Shown here in pieces: positions 10,989 through 19,663 of a stretch of DNA of 64,000 bases (within the stretch, counting starts at the first letter, position 1; each line of letters starts with the position of its first letter). This stretch comes from an uncultured Desulfobacter sp. (GTDB taxonomy: Bacteria; Desulfobacterota; Desulfobacteria; Desulfobacterales; Desulfobacteraceae). The stretch lies in contig OY762069.1 in assembly GCA_963665095.1 (NCBI GenBank), forward strand, positions 4,864,001 through 4,928,000, written 5' to 3'. The position numbers and the translations under genes are program-made. A model generated the notes under the pieces. That model ran no database searches. It was not told the DNA's origin and saw nothing but the letters and a program-made list of their open reading frames with translations.

Positions 10989-12842
10989 ATGCAACTATCC
11001 CAGCCCCAGCAGGAAGCTGTAAATCATACCGGCTCCCCGGCCCTTGTGGTTGCGGGAGCCGGTTCCGGTAAGACCCGAACCCTTACGGCCAAATTTTCCC
11101 ACCTGATTGCCAATGGTCATGACCCCGCCAGAATTCTGGCCATCACCTTTACCAATAAAGCCGCCCAGGAGATGAAATCCCGGCTTGTGGAGATGACCGG
11201 GTTGCCTCAGTTCCGGTTTGAATGGGTCCGCACCTATCACTCCGCATGCCTGATGATTTTAAAAAAGTATTGTGCGCTTTTAGGCTATACCCCGCCCCTG
11301 CAGGTGTTTACCGTTTACCAGCAGGATAAGCTGATCAAAGAGCTGTGCGTACAGAATAATATTGACAAAAAGTATGCAGGAAGAATTCTGTCTGCCATTT
11401 CCCGGGGCAAGAACGACGGGGACCCTGCAAAGTATTTTGATCGCAACCCAGGGTTTTATAACGTCCGTCTGGCAGATATGTATGCACAGTTTGAAAGACG
11501 TTTGTCTGCAATGAACTGCGTTGATTTCGACAACATTTTGCTCAAAACCCGGGATCTGCTCCGGGATCACACGGAAGTCCGCAAGTTCTATCAGGAATAC
11601 TTTTCCTTTATCCTGGTGGACGAGTACCAGGATACCAACAACCTGCAGGAGGAGTTAACCTCCCTTTTGCTTGGACCCCACCGCAACTTGTTCTGTGTGG
11701 GGGATGACTGGCAGGCGGTTTACGGATTCCGTGGTTCCAATGTGAACCATTTCCTGCGGTTTGCTGAAAAGTATCAGGATGCCAAAATTTTCCGGCTGGA
11801 GGAAAATTACCGGTCTGCCAATGAGATTGTCCAGGCCGCCAATGACCTGATCGATTACAACCCCGACAAGATGGAAAAGCGTTGTTTCTCCCAGAAAAAA
11901 GGCGGGATGGTGGAGGTCTATGATTTTCTGTCCGACGCCCATGAGGCGGAATGGACAGCCAAACGGATTCTGGCGCTCCACCGTCAGGGCATTGCCTTTG
12001 ACAAGATGGCTGTGGTCTACCGGACTAAGTTCTGTTCTCTGCCCTTTGAAAAGATATTCAGAGCGTTCAGGATTCCCTACCGGCTGATGGGGTCTCAAGG
12101 CTTTTTTGAGCGCATGGAGATTCTGGACATCAACTCATACTTAAGTGCCGCGTTTTTCCCCAATGATGATCTCTCCTTTGAGCGCATCGTCAACACCCCG
12201 AAACGGGGGATCGGGCCCTCCATGATCAAAAAACTGGCGGAATTGCGGGACCAGGGCGGCAGTCTGCAGGGGGCGGCAAGGATCATGGTCCGGGACCGGG
12301 TGCTGACCAAAAAAGTCCATGACAACATGTCCGAGGTGCTTGATATCATTGACACCATCCATGACATGGCCCCGGCCATGGCCATGGAGACGGTGATTGA
12401 CCGCACCGGCTACTACGATTATCTGGAGAAGAAAACCAAGACCGATTCGGAATTTATCTCTAAAAAGGAAAATATTGAACAGCTCATCCACACGGCCCGG
12501 TCCAAGGATACCATGCTGGAGTACCTGGAGGAGGCGGCCCTGATCCGTGAAGACACGGAAGAGGACGATCAGGATGATTCCGGCGTCGGCCTTTTGACCA
12601 TTCATTCGGCCAAGGGGCTGGAGTTTGATGTGGTGTTCATTGCCGGATGCGAGGAGGGGCTGTTTCCCCACTGGCGCTCCATTGACGAGGGAGAGGCGGC
12701 TCTGTATGAAGAGCGGCGCCTCATGTATGTGGCCATGACCCGGGCAGAACGGTTTTTATACCTGAGCCATGCCAATTACCGCAAAGGAGATTTTTCCACC
12801 CCCAGCCGGTTTATTGATCAGGTTAAAGAGTGTCTGGCGTGA
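10989..12842 (+). CDS. UvrD/PcrA/Rep family ATP-dependent DNA helicase
   Basis: AGAGSGKT, TFTNKAA, DEYQDTN, VGDDWQ, ENYRS, TIHSAKGLEF and EERRLMYVAMTRA. Confidence 0.93.
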   Translation: MQLSQPQQEAVNHTGSPALVVAGAGSGKTRTLTAKFSHLIANGHDPARILAITFTNKAAQEMKSRLVEMTGLPQFRFEWVRTYHSACLMILKKYCALLGYTPPLQVFTVYQQDKLIKELCVQNNIDKKYAGRILSAISRGKNDGDPAKYFDRNPGFYNVRLADMYAQFERRLSAMNCVDFDNILLKTRDLLRDHTEVRKFYQEYFSFILVDEYQDTNNLQEELTSLLLGPHRNLFCVGDDWQAVYGFRGSNVNHFLRFAEKYQDAKIFRLEENYRSANEIVQAANDLIDYNPDKMEKRCFSQKKGGMVEVYDFLSDAHEAEWTAKRILALHRQGIAFDKMAVVYRTKFCSLPFEKIFRAFRIPYRLMGSQGFFERMEILDINSYLSAAFFPNDDLSFERIVNTPKRGIGPSMIKKLAELRDQGGSLQGAARIMVRDRVLTKKVHDNMSEVLDIIDTIHDMAPAMAMETVIDRTGYYDYLEKKTKTDSEFISKKENIEQLIHTARSKDTMLEYLEEAALIREDTEEDDQDDSGVGLLTIHSAKGLEFDVVFIAGCEEGLFPHWRSIDEGEAALYEERRLMYVAMTRAERFLYLSHANYRKGDFSTPSRFIDQVKECLA

Positions 12843-12877
12843 CCTGTACCCGGCTTTGGTAAAGCACCCTTTCCGAT

Positions 12878-14137
12878 ATGGATTTTTTTTACGCCATATA
12901 TGAACCTGTGTCCCAGGCGGCCGGCCGGATTATGGCCAAAGGGTATCGGGCCATTCCTTCGGACAACAAAAAGGTCTTTATCACCCTTTTTTTTATCATT
13001 TTTATCAATGTCGCCGGCGTCGGTATTGTGGTGCCGCTTCTGCCCATCTATGCCCATAATCTGGGCGCTGCCGGCATTTACGTGGCCATGATTTTCGGGG
13101 CGTTCTCCATTTCAAGGGCCGTGTTTCTGCCCATGTTCGGCAGCATGTCAGACCGTAAGGGGCGAAAACCGTTTATTCTGGGTGGCCTTGTGACCTATCT
13201 TTTGGTGGCCCTGGCATTTGTCTGGTCTTCCCGGGTGGAGACCCTTATCGCGCTGCGGTTTATCCAGGGGGCGGGATCGGCCATGATTATGCCGGTGGTC
13301 CAGGCCTATGTGGGGGAGATTGCCAGTGACGGTACCGAAGGGTATTCCATGGGGCTGTTTAACCTCTCCATGTTTCTAAGTCTTTCGCTTGGTCCTGTTA
13401 TGGGCGGTGTGATTGAACAGGCCTGGTCTTTGAATGCAGCCTTTTATTGTATGGCAGCGTTGTCGTCCATTGGGGCGATTATCTGTCTGATTTTTCTGCC
13501 GCCATTGTCCGAAGAGCGGATACAGAAGAAACACCGGTCTCCGGCATCCCTTTCCATGGTGGTCCGGGACTGGGAACTGGCGGGTCTTGTGGCATTCCGG
13601 TATGCATATACCTCCTGTATCGGCATTATCTGGTGTTTCATGCCGCTGTATGCCAGCCACCGTTTCGGGTTAAACGGGGGTAAAATAGGGCTTCTGGTCA
13701 CCGCCGGGGTGTTTGTCTCCGGGATACTCCAGGTGCCTTTAGGCTATGCCGCTGACCGCTGGAATCGAAAAATTATGGTGGTGTGCGGAGGCGTTCTGTC
13801 AGCTGCAGGAATCCTCTACCCGTTCTGGGCGGCAAGCTTTTCTGACCTTCTGACAGGCGTGAGTCTGTTCGGGGTGGGTGGGGGCATTGCCATGCCCGCG
13901 TTGACGGCGCTTGCCGTGGTCAAGGGCGAAGAAAAACAGGCCATGGGATCCGTGATGTCCATCATGACCTCGGCCCACTCTTTAGGCATGTTCACAGGAT
14001 CGGTCATGGCCGGCCTGTCAATGGATTTTTTCAGTCTCTCCTATGCTTTTCCCTGCGGGGCACTGATCATGGGCCTTGGCGTCCTGGCGTTTCCTGTGCT
14101 GTACTTTCGAAAAGGGCACCACAATGAAGACATTTAA
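12878..14137 (+). CDS. MFS transporter (start codon may lie slightly downstream)
   Basis: GSMSDRKGRK and GYAADRWNRK motif A in both halves; about 12 hydrophobic segments; RFIQGAG. Confidence 0.9.
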   Translation: MDFFYAIYEPVSQAAGRIMAKGYRAIPSDNKKVFITLFFIIFINVAGVGIVVPLLPIYAHNLGAAGIYVAMIFGAFSISRAVFLPMFGSMSDRKGRKPFILGGLVTYLLVALAFVWSSRVETLIALRFIQGAGSAMIMPVVQAYVGEIASDGTEGYSMGLFNLSMFLSLSLGPVMGGVIEQAWSLNAAFYCMAALSSIGAIICLIFLPPLSEERIQKKHRSPASLSMVVRDWELAGLVAFRYAYTSCIGIIWCFMPLYASHRFGLNGGKIGLLVTAGVFVSGILQVPLGYAADRWNRKIMVVCGGVLSAAGILYPFWAASFSDLLTGVSLFGVGGGIAMPALTALAVVKGEEKQAMGSVMSIMTSAHSLGMFTGSVMAGLSMDFFSLSYAFPCGALIMGLGVLAFPVLYFRKGHHNEDI

Positions 14138-14237
14138 TAAAAGGATCAGGCCTTAAATGCTGAAAAGGGGTCAAGTCTGCCGAGGACTCTTAATGCACAC
14201 TTGATTGGGTTGTCTGTGTATGACCGCCATCCGGCAG

Positions 14238-15272
14238 TTAGACAGTGCCCATTGGCCATTGAATCGTCAGCGGGCGCTCAGACGCAATCAGCCAGATTCC
14301 GCAGTTTTCCGTCACAGGGTCATCCGGGGAGGGATTGACTTTTACCTGGCCATCCGCCAGCTGCAGGGCAAAGCTTAAGAATTTATATTTTTCCATCAAA
14401 TAGACGTGAAGCTCCCACCAGGTTATCTGTCTGGGCATGGCAGGGACTTTCACGTAGTACATCTCCTCGCCTTCATCATTTTTCAATAGCTCCTGCAATG
14501 GCAGATGCACCTTGTCCTGCATGGCCTGAACCATCATCTCTGCGGTCATCTGCATAATGGTTTGAAATTCCCCCGGCACGGATGAAAATGTTTCCAGGCT
14601 CTGGGTGGACAGGCATCTTACCGTGATTTCGCAGGTATCACTTTTCATGTTCAGGGTATTGATCAGGGCGAACAAAGAGAGTTCATCACTGCCGGTGTGA
14701 ATGATAATCCGGTCTGCACCGGCTGCCCCGGCCCGGGTCATGGCCTGAATGGTGTCAGGACGGCCTTTGACAAAGTAGGTATGGGGCTTTTCCGGAAACG
14801 GGTGGCGGGGCAGGTCCGCGAGAATAACAATATCTTTGCCCTGGTAGGTCTTATCTGCCCGGATCTGTTCCACCAGGTATTCCGTCTCCTGGGTATGCCC
14901 CACCACAAGGATATGGTCGCGGTCTTTATAGGCGGTTTCCCCGTGCATGTGTTTGTCTCTCCTTTCTATCAGGATGGAAGCGATATGCGTGATAAAGGCA
15001 GCCCCGAGGCCTATGCCCATGAACATGGGAAGCATCACCGCAATGACTTTACCCCAGGGGGATACCGGATAGATGTCCCCGTATCCCACGGTGGTTGAGG
15101 TGACAATGCTCCACCAAAGGGCCTGATCCGGTTGGTTTAATGCGCTGTCTGCCGGTTCCACCATGCAGATCAGCGCGGTGGAGGCTGCCAACAGCATCAT
15201 GTATGCAAAAACAAGGGTGGGCCCCCGGTTGTGGAGGCCCGCACGGATAAGGCGCCGGATTAAATGCAGCAA
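14238..15272 (-). CDS. Two-TM potassium channel with an RCK domain
   Basis: Pore helix and filter WWSIVTSTTVGYGD; HILVVG Rossmann-like RCK start. Confidence 0.9.
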   Translation of the reverse strand: MLHLIRRLIRAGLHNRGPTLVFAYMMLLAASTALICMVEPADSALNQPDQALWWSIVTSTTVGYGDIYPVSPWGKVIAVMLPMFMGIGLGAAFITHIASILIERRDKHMHGETAYKDRDHILVVGHTQETEYLVEQIRADKTYQGKDIVILADLPRHPFPEKPHTYFVKGRPDTIQAMTRAGAAGADRIIIHTGSDELSLFALINTLNMKSDTCEITVRCLSTQSLETFSSVPGEFQTIMQMTAEMMVQAMQDKVHLPLQELLKNDEGEEMYYVKVPAMPRQITWWELHVYLMEKYKFLSFALQLADGQVKVNPSPDDPVTENCGIWLIASERPLTIQWPMGTV

Positions 15273-15300
15273 TGGTCAGTCCTTGAACCCGGTTTCGGGT

Positions 15301-16080
15301 TTATTTCTCCTGCCAGGCAGGTTCGCGTTTTTCAAAAAAGGCAGCCACGCCTTCCTTGGCGTCATGGGTATCGCACAACCGTGCAAAGGCCTCATTCATG
15401 TATGAAAACTGGGCCTCATAGGGCATATCCTGGGAAGCATAAAAGGCTGATTTGGCGATTTTTACCGCAATGGGGCTTTTTTTCGCCAGATCACGAGCCC
15501 AGGCCAGTGCCAGGTCTTCCAGCTCCTCTTTGGGTACCACACGGTTGATCAGGCCTAAAGCCAGGGCCTGATCCGCCTTGATCAAATCTCCATAGAGCAG
15601 CAGTTCCAGGGCTTTCTTGCGCCCCACACACCGGGCCACTGGAATCACCGGCCCCACACAGTTTAAACCCACATTGATGGCAGTCAGCCCCATTTTAACA
15701 TTGTCGGCTGCAATGGCCAGATCCGATGCGGCCACAACGCCCATGCCGTTGGCCGCGGCGGCTCCGTGAACCTGGGTAATCACCGGGGTGTTCATTTTGC
15801 TCATCAGCACCAGCGGCGCTTCCATCTTTTCAATCCATTCCCGGTACTGGTTGGTGGTTTTGCCTTCAAGTTCCTTCACATCAATACCTGCGCAAAATGC
15901 CCTGCCGGCACCCCGGATGAGAATGGCCCGGACACCGGGGTCAGTGTCAAAACTTTTAAGCGCATCAAACAGCTCTTCGGCCATCTGACTGGAAAAGGTG
16001 TTCATCTGGGCCGCACGGTTCAACGTCAATCTGCCTACATGTCCCTCCAAAATCTCTGCGATGATTGTTTCGTATGCCAT
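15301..16080 (-). CDS. Enoyl-CoA hydratase/isomerase family protein
   Basis: LTLNR, AFCAGID, PVITQVHGAAAANG, GLINRVVP and EGVAAFFEKR. Confidence 0.92.
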   Translation of the reverse strand: MAYETIIAEILEGHVGRLTLNRAAQMNTFSSQMAEELFDALKSFDTDPGVRAILIRGAGRAFCAGIDVKELEGKTTNQYREWIEKMEAPLVLMSKMNTPVITQVHGAAAANGMGVVAASDLAIAADNVKMGLTAINVGLNCVGPVIPVARCVGRKKALELLLYGDLIKADQALALGLINRVVPKEELEDLALAWARDLAKKSPIAVKIAKSAFYASQDMPYEAQFSYMNEAFARLCDTHDAKEGVAAFFEKREPAWQEK

Positions 16081-16182
16081 TTGAGATCACTCCTTTAAAA
16101 GTGTTGATGAAGACCTGACTGGTAATTGATGTAACCTAACAGCCGGCGAAAATAAAGAAAAGTTTTTTTCCTTTCATGGTTT

Positions 16183-17118
16183 TCAGCAAAGCAGATGGAT
16201 GATGGATAGTGCCAGCAACACAATAAAAGTATGCTTCTGATATTTTTTAAACCATGTGATGCGGATCAGGCGGGTGCCGATCTGACCACCCACGATAACG
16301 CCACTGCAGGTGGCAAACAGCAGATAGGTGCCGTGGGGCCAGGATGCCGCTCCCAGCAAGACACTGATGCAGACCAGAAAAAGATAAAAAAGGATGGTGA
16401 CAAACATGATGAACAGACTGGTGGCCACAGCCAGGGAGGTCGGCATCTTCATTTTAATGGTCATGTGAGGGATCAGCCAGTCTGTGTTACCGATGCTTAA
16501 AAGCCCTGTGAAAAATGAGGAAAGAAGTACCACCGGGTAGCTTCTGGTGTAAATATTAGGGGGAATGACGGTCTTGTTCTCTTCAACAACAGGGGGTTGC
16601 GTCTTAAGGGACTGGATGGTTCTAAATAAAAGATAGGCCGCAATGACAATAAAGATGTGAAGAAGAAGCTCTTCGTAACCCCTGGACATGTAGAAGCTGG
16701 AGAAAAAGCCAAGGGTTACCCCTGCCAGAGCCATGGGGATAAAGGCTGCGGCCATTTTTACATCCACCATGCCGTTACAAAGATAGGTTAAAGACCCGGT
16801 TCCCTTGCCGGCAATCTGGGTGAATATGGATATGGCAACCGCTTCAGAAGGTCTGATCTCCAGAAATGTTAGCACCGGTATCCACAGAACACCCGCCCCA
16901 AGCCCTGTGAACATCACCATGGACCCCACACCAATGGCCAGGAAATGGACAAAAATAAATCTGGAAAAGCTCAATGGAATTTCGGTGTCCAGGAAAAAGG
17001 ACAGAAAAAAAACATATGCAGCGTCCACCAGTATCCAGAAGCCCAGGTATTTAGGCATTTTGAACAGCAGGGACCAAATTTTCATCAGCAGATCATCCTT
17101 ATAACGGCCAAAAGCCAT
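16183..17118 (-). CDS. Sulfite exporter TauE/SafE (TSUP) family membrane protein
   Basis: TGLGAGVLWIPVL...AVAIS and FFTGLLSIG...IP...AVATSL duplicated TSUP motifs; GGQIG; multi-TM. Alternative start at 17085 with an AAGGA RBS. Confidence 0.82.
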   Translation of the reverse strand: MAFGRYKDDLLMKIWSLLFKMPKYLGFWILVDAAYVFFLSFFLDTEIPLSFSRFIFVHFLAIGVGSMVMFTGLGAGVLWIPVLTFLEIRPSEAVAISIFTQIAGKGTGSLTYLCNGMVDVKMAAAFIPMALAGVTLGFFSSFYMSRGYEELLLHIFIVIAAYLLFRTIQSLKTQPPVVEENKTVIPPNIYTRSYPVVLLSSFFTGLLSIGNTDWLIPHMTIKMKMPTSLAVATSLFIMFVTILFYLFLVCISVLLGAASWPHGTYLLFATCSGVIVGGQIGTRLIRITWFKKYQKHTFIVLLALSIIHLLC

Positions 17119-17358
17119 TTGTCACGTTCCATTCTTAACTACTTTTCCGCATTCTATACAAGAAGTTCGGTCTGGACAAGTTTCTCTTTCATATAGTTCA
17201 TTTTTTCCTGCCAGTTTTCAGGTTTTGGCTGTTTTTGATCCAACAGGTGGCGGTGAAACTTACAAAAGAAGTACTTGACATGCCGCCGGGCAAAGACTAA
17301 TCATTTGCTATACGTTTGTATACGAATTCTTATCTTTCTTCAGCAAAGGATAGATTGC

Positions 17359-18699
17359 GTGGACTTCAAAGAGAAGCTCTTGGCATTCATTTTCGTCTCA
17401 GGTTTCATTCTTGCGATGAGCAACCCGGCTGCTTTATGTGAGGACGCCGCGAGCAAGTGTGTCCAATGTCATACCAATTTAAAAAAACTGATTCGCCTGT
17501 GCTGGGAGGTGGAGAAGCTCAAACCAAAGCCCGGGGCCAGTGCCGAAACCAGCGGTGAAGGGTGAGGCGGTCCGCTGGCTCCGTTGGAGCTATACCAGAG
17601 AATTTATGTTGCCTCCTCTTTTCTGGAGACTGAACACGGGCAGATTGCGTGCGAACAATGTCATGGTGGCCGGCCGGATGACGATAACTGGCAGACCGCC
17701 CATGAGGGACTGGTGACCGATCCAACATTGCTGGATGCAGACCGGGTGTGCGGTGCGTGTCACGGCGATATTGTTGGAACCGCAAAGAACAGCCTGCACT
17801 ATACCCTGGCGCCCATGTATCAGGCTGTATTTAACCGGGCAGGAGGGGCGTGCTGTGCGCCAAAGACTAAAACAATTTTAAAAGAATCCATGGACAGGCA
17901 CTGTGGTGCCTGTCACAGCAGCTGCGGGCAGTGCCATGTATCGCGGCCGGATTACGTAAAAGGCGGTTTTTTGGCCAAGCACCATTTTAAAGGGACCCCG
18001 CCCATGGATACCACCTGCGCCTCCTGCCACGGGGGCCGGGTTCACGGCGAATTCACCGGGACCAATGAGGATTTCAGCCCGGATGTCCATTTTGAAGATG
18101 AGGAGATGACCTGCCTGAACTGTCATGGTGCACAGGAGATGCATGCCGATGCCCAAAAGGTTTCAAGCCGGTATACACTACCTGAAAAACCAACGTGTAT
18201 TCAGTGTCATGAAGAGGTCCTGCAGCCTGATGGCAAAAATCTTTATCATACCAGCCATGGCAGTAAGCTGGCCTGCCAGGTCTGCCATTCCCAGGCGTCA
18301 AAAAGCTGTTTCTCCTGCCATGTGGGCACCGATAAAAAAGGGCTTCCCTGGTTTAAATGCAAAAAAACAGATGTCATGTTTAAAATTGGGTTGAATCCGG
18401 ACAAGAGAGACCAGGCACCGTTTGAATATGTCGTTGTCCGGCACACACCGGTTGTTCCTGACACGTTTAAATTTTATATCCCGTCCGGACTGGAGCAGTT
18501 TTCAAAAGCGTCCACCTGGAAGCGGGCTACCCCTCATAATATTATCCGGAAAACCAGTCAGACTCAGACCTGTAACAGTTGCCACGGCAAGCCAGATCTG
18601 TTTTTACAAAAAAAGGATTTAACCCCAGAGGGGATTGACGCCAATCAGAATGTCATTGTGCCTGATGACAGGATTCCTGGAAAAATCCTGGAAAAATAA
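17359..18699 (+). CDS. Exported multiheme cytochrome c (11 CxxCH), probable selenoprotein with Sec at in-frame TGA 17563-17565 (residue 69 of 446)
   Basis: GTG 17359 after an AAAGGA RBS; signal peptide MDFKEKLLAFIFVSGFILAMSNPAALC; CVQCH; then ...SAETSGEG-TGA-GGPLAPLELYQ continuing in frame into the 17584-18699 ORF, which has 10 more CxxCH; SECIS-like hairpin just 3' of the TGA. Confidence 0.85.
17576..17592 (+). promoter_or_regulatory. Bacterial SECIS-like hairpin
   Basis: TGGCTCC-GTT-GGAGCTA: 7-bp stem (one G-U) starting 10 nt after the TGA; the apical loop starts with G, 17 nt after the TGA. Confidence 0.7.
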
Positions 18700-18781
18700 C
18701 CGGAGACGACTTTTTGCCGCCGCCGGAAAATTGAAACCCGGACAGACATTGTTTTTGTCTGCCATAGAAAGGAGACAGGTT

Positions 18782-19354
18782 ATGAAAAGAATTTTTTGTT
18801 TTCTCACAACGGCATTGTTTTTCACTTCGCTGGCTTTTGCCGGAGGGTATGAGTACAAATCGAACGCAGATCATCTTGGCGGCGACCTGACACCGGAGAA
18901 TGCATTCAAAATGCTGGAAAAGGACCCGGAGCATACCTTCCTGGTAGATTGCCGTACCCGGGCAGAGTATCAGTTTGTGGGCCACCCTGAGAATGCATAT
19001 AATGTCCCCTTGCGGTTTTTAACCACTAAAGCGGGGAAAAAGGGATATACTGAAGCCATGAATGATAATTTCGGCAAAGACCTGCTCAGCCGGTTTAATC
19101 CAAAGACAGACACCCTGATCATCCTGTGCCGCTCCGGCAACAGAAGCTGTAAAGCCTGCAATGAAGCCATTAAGGCTGGATTTGACGAGGCAAAGGTGTT
19201 TAACCTCATGGGCGGTTTTGAAGGCGGGAAAAATAAAAACAAAGGCAGTGTGTATTACGGCAAAAGGTGGGCTGGCGGATGGAAGCTTGAAGGACTGCCC
19301 TGGACATACAATATGGATAAAAAATTGATGTATCAGCCCGATATCCAGGGATAG
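18782..19354 (+). CDS. Periplasmic rhodanese-like sulfurtransferase
   Basis: ATG 18782 after AAAGGAG; signal peptide MKRIFCFLTTALFFTSLAFA; LVDCRTRAEY..VGHP, active-site loop CRSGNRS, NLMGGFEG and GWKLEGLPW. Confidence 0.9.
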   Translation: MKRIFCFLTTALFFTSLAFAGGYEYKSNADHLGGDLTPENAFKMLEKDPEHTFLVDCRTRAEYQFVGHPENAYNVPLRFLTTKAGKKGYTEAMNDNFGKDLLSRFNPKTDTLIILCRSGNRSCKACNEAIKAGFDEAKVFNLMGGFEGGKNKNKGSVYYGKRWAGGWKLEGLPWTYNMDKKLMYQPDIQG

Positions 19355-19499
19355 AGATGTGCCCTGCATAACATGTAAGAGCAAATCGTATTGTGAAATA
19401 CGGGCACAGACCAGCGTTTGCTCCCTGGCCTTCTGCCTGAAAAGTGCATGACTGATGTTAACCACGCATCGTCATATCGAAGTTAATAAATTCAACAAT

Positions 19500-19597
19500 G
19501 ATGCACTCGTAAAAAGTCCGATTTTAGCAAATTTTTTAATATAAGCTACTGAATTTATATATAGTTGGTTTGCCTTTTCGACTTTTTACGGGCCATC
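19500..19597. mobile_element. 98-bp MITE-like non-autonomous element
   Basis: Terminal inverted repeats GATGCACTCGTAAAAAGTC / GACTTTTTACGGGCCATC (11-bp perfect core plus GATG/CATC ends), flanked by the direct repeat AACAAT (19494-19499 and 19598-19603); AT-rich non-coding interior. Confidence 0.75.
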
Positions 19598-19663
19598 AAC
19601 AATTAATGGCCGCAGATGAAATCAAAAGAGCAGATATTGCGGTCCAGAGCATGGTGGTCAGTT

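Noticed and set aside
14165..14206. GGGGTCAAGTCT, resembling half of a REP-like repeat
   Set aside because: Only a short partial partner (ACTTGA) is present, which is too weak to call.
17275..17565. 96-aa ORF and the 371-aa ORF at 17584 treated as two separate genes
   Set aside because: They are in frame across one TGA with a SECIS-like hairpin, and the second lacks a signal peptide and RBS. The TTG at 17275 is part of a TTGACA box; the RBS-supported start is GTG 17359.
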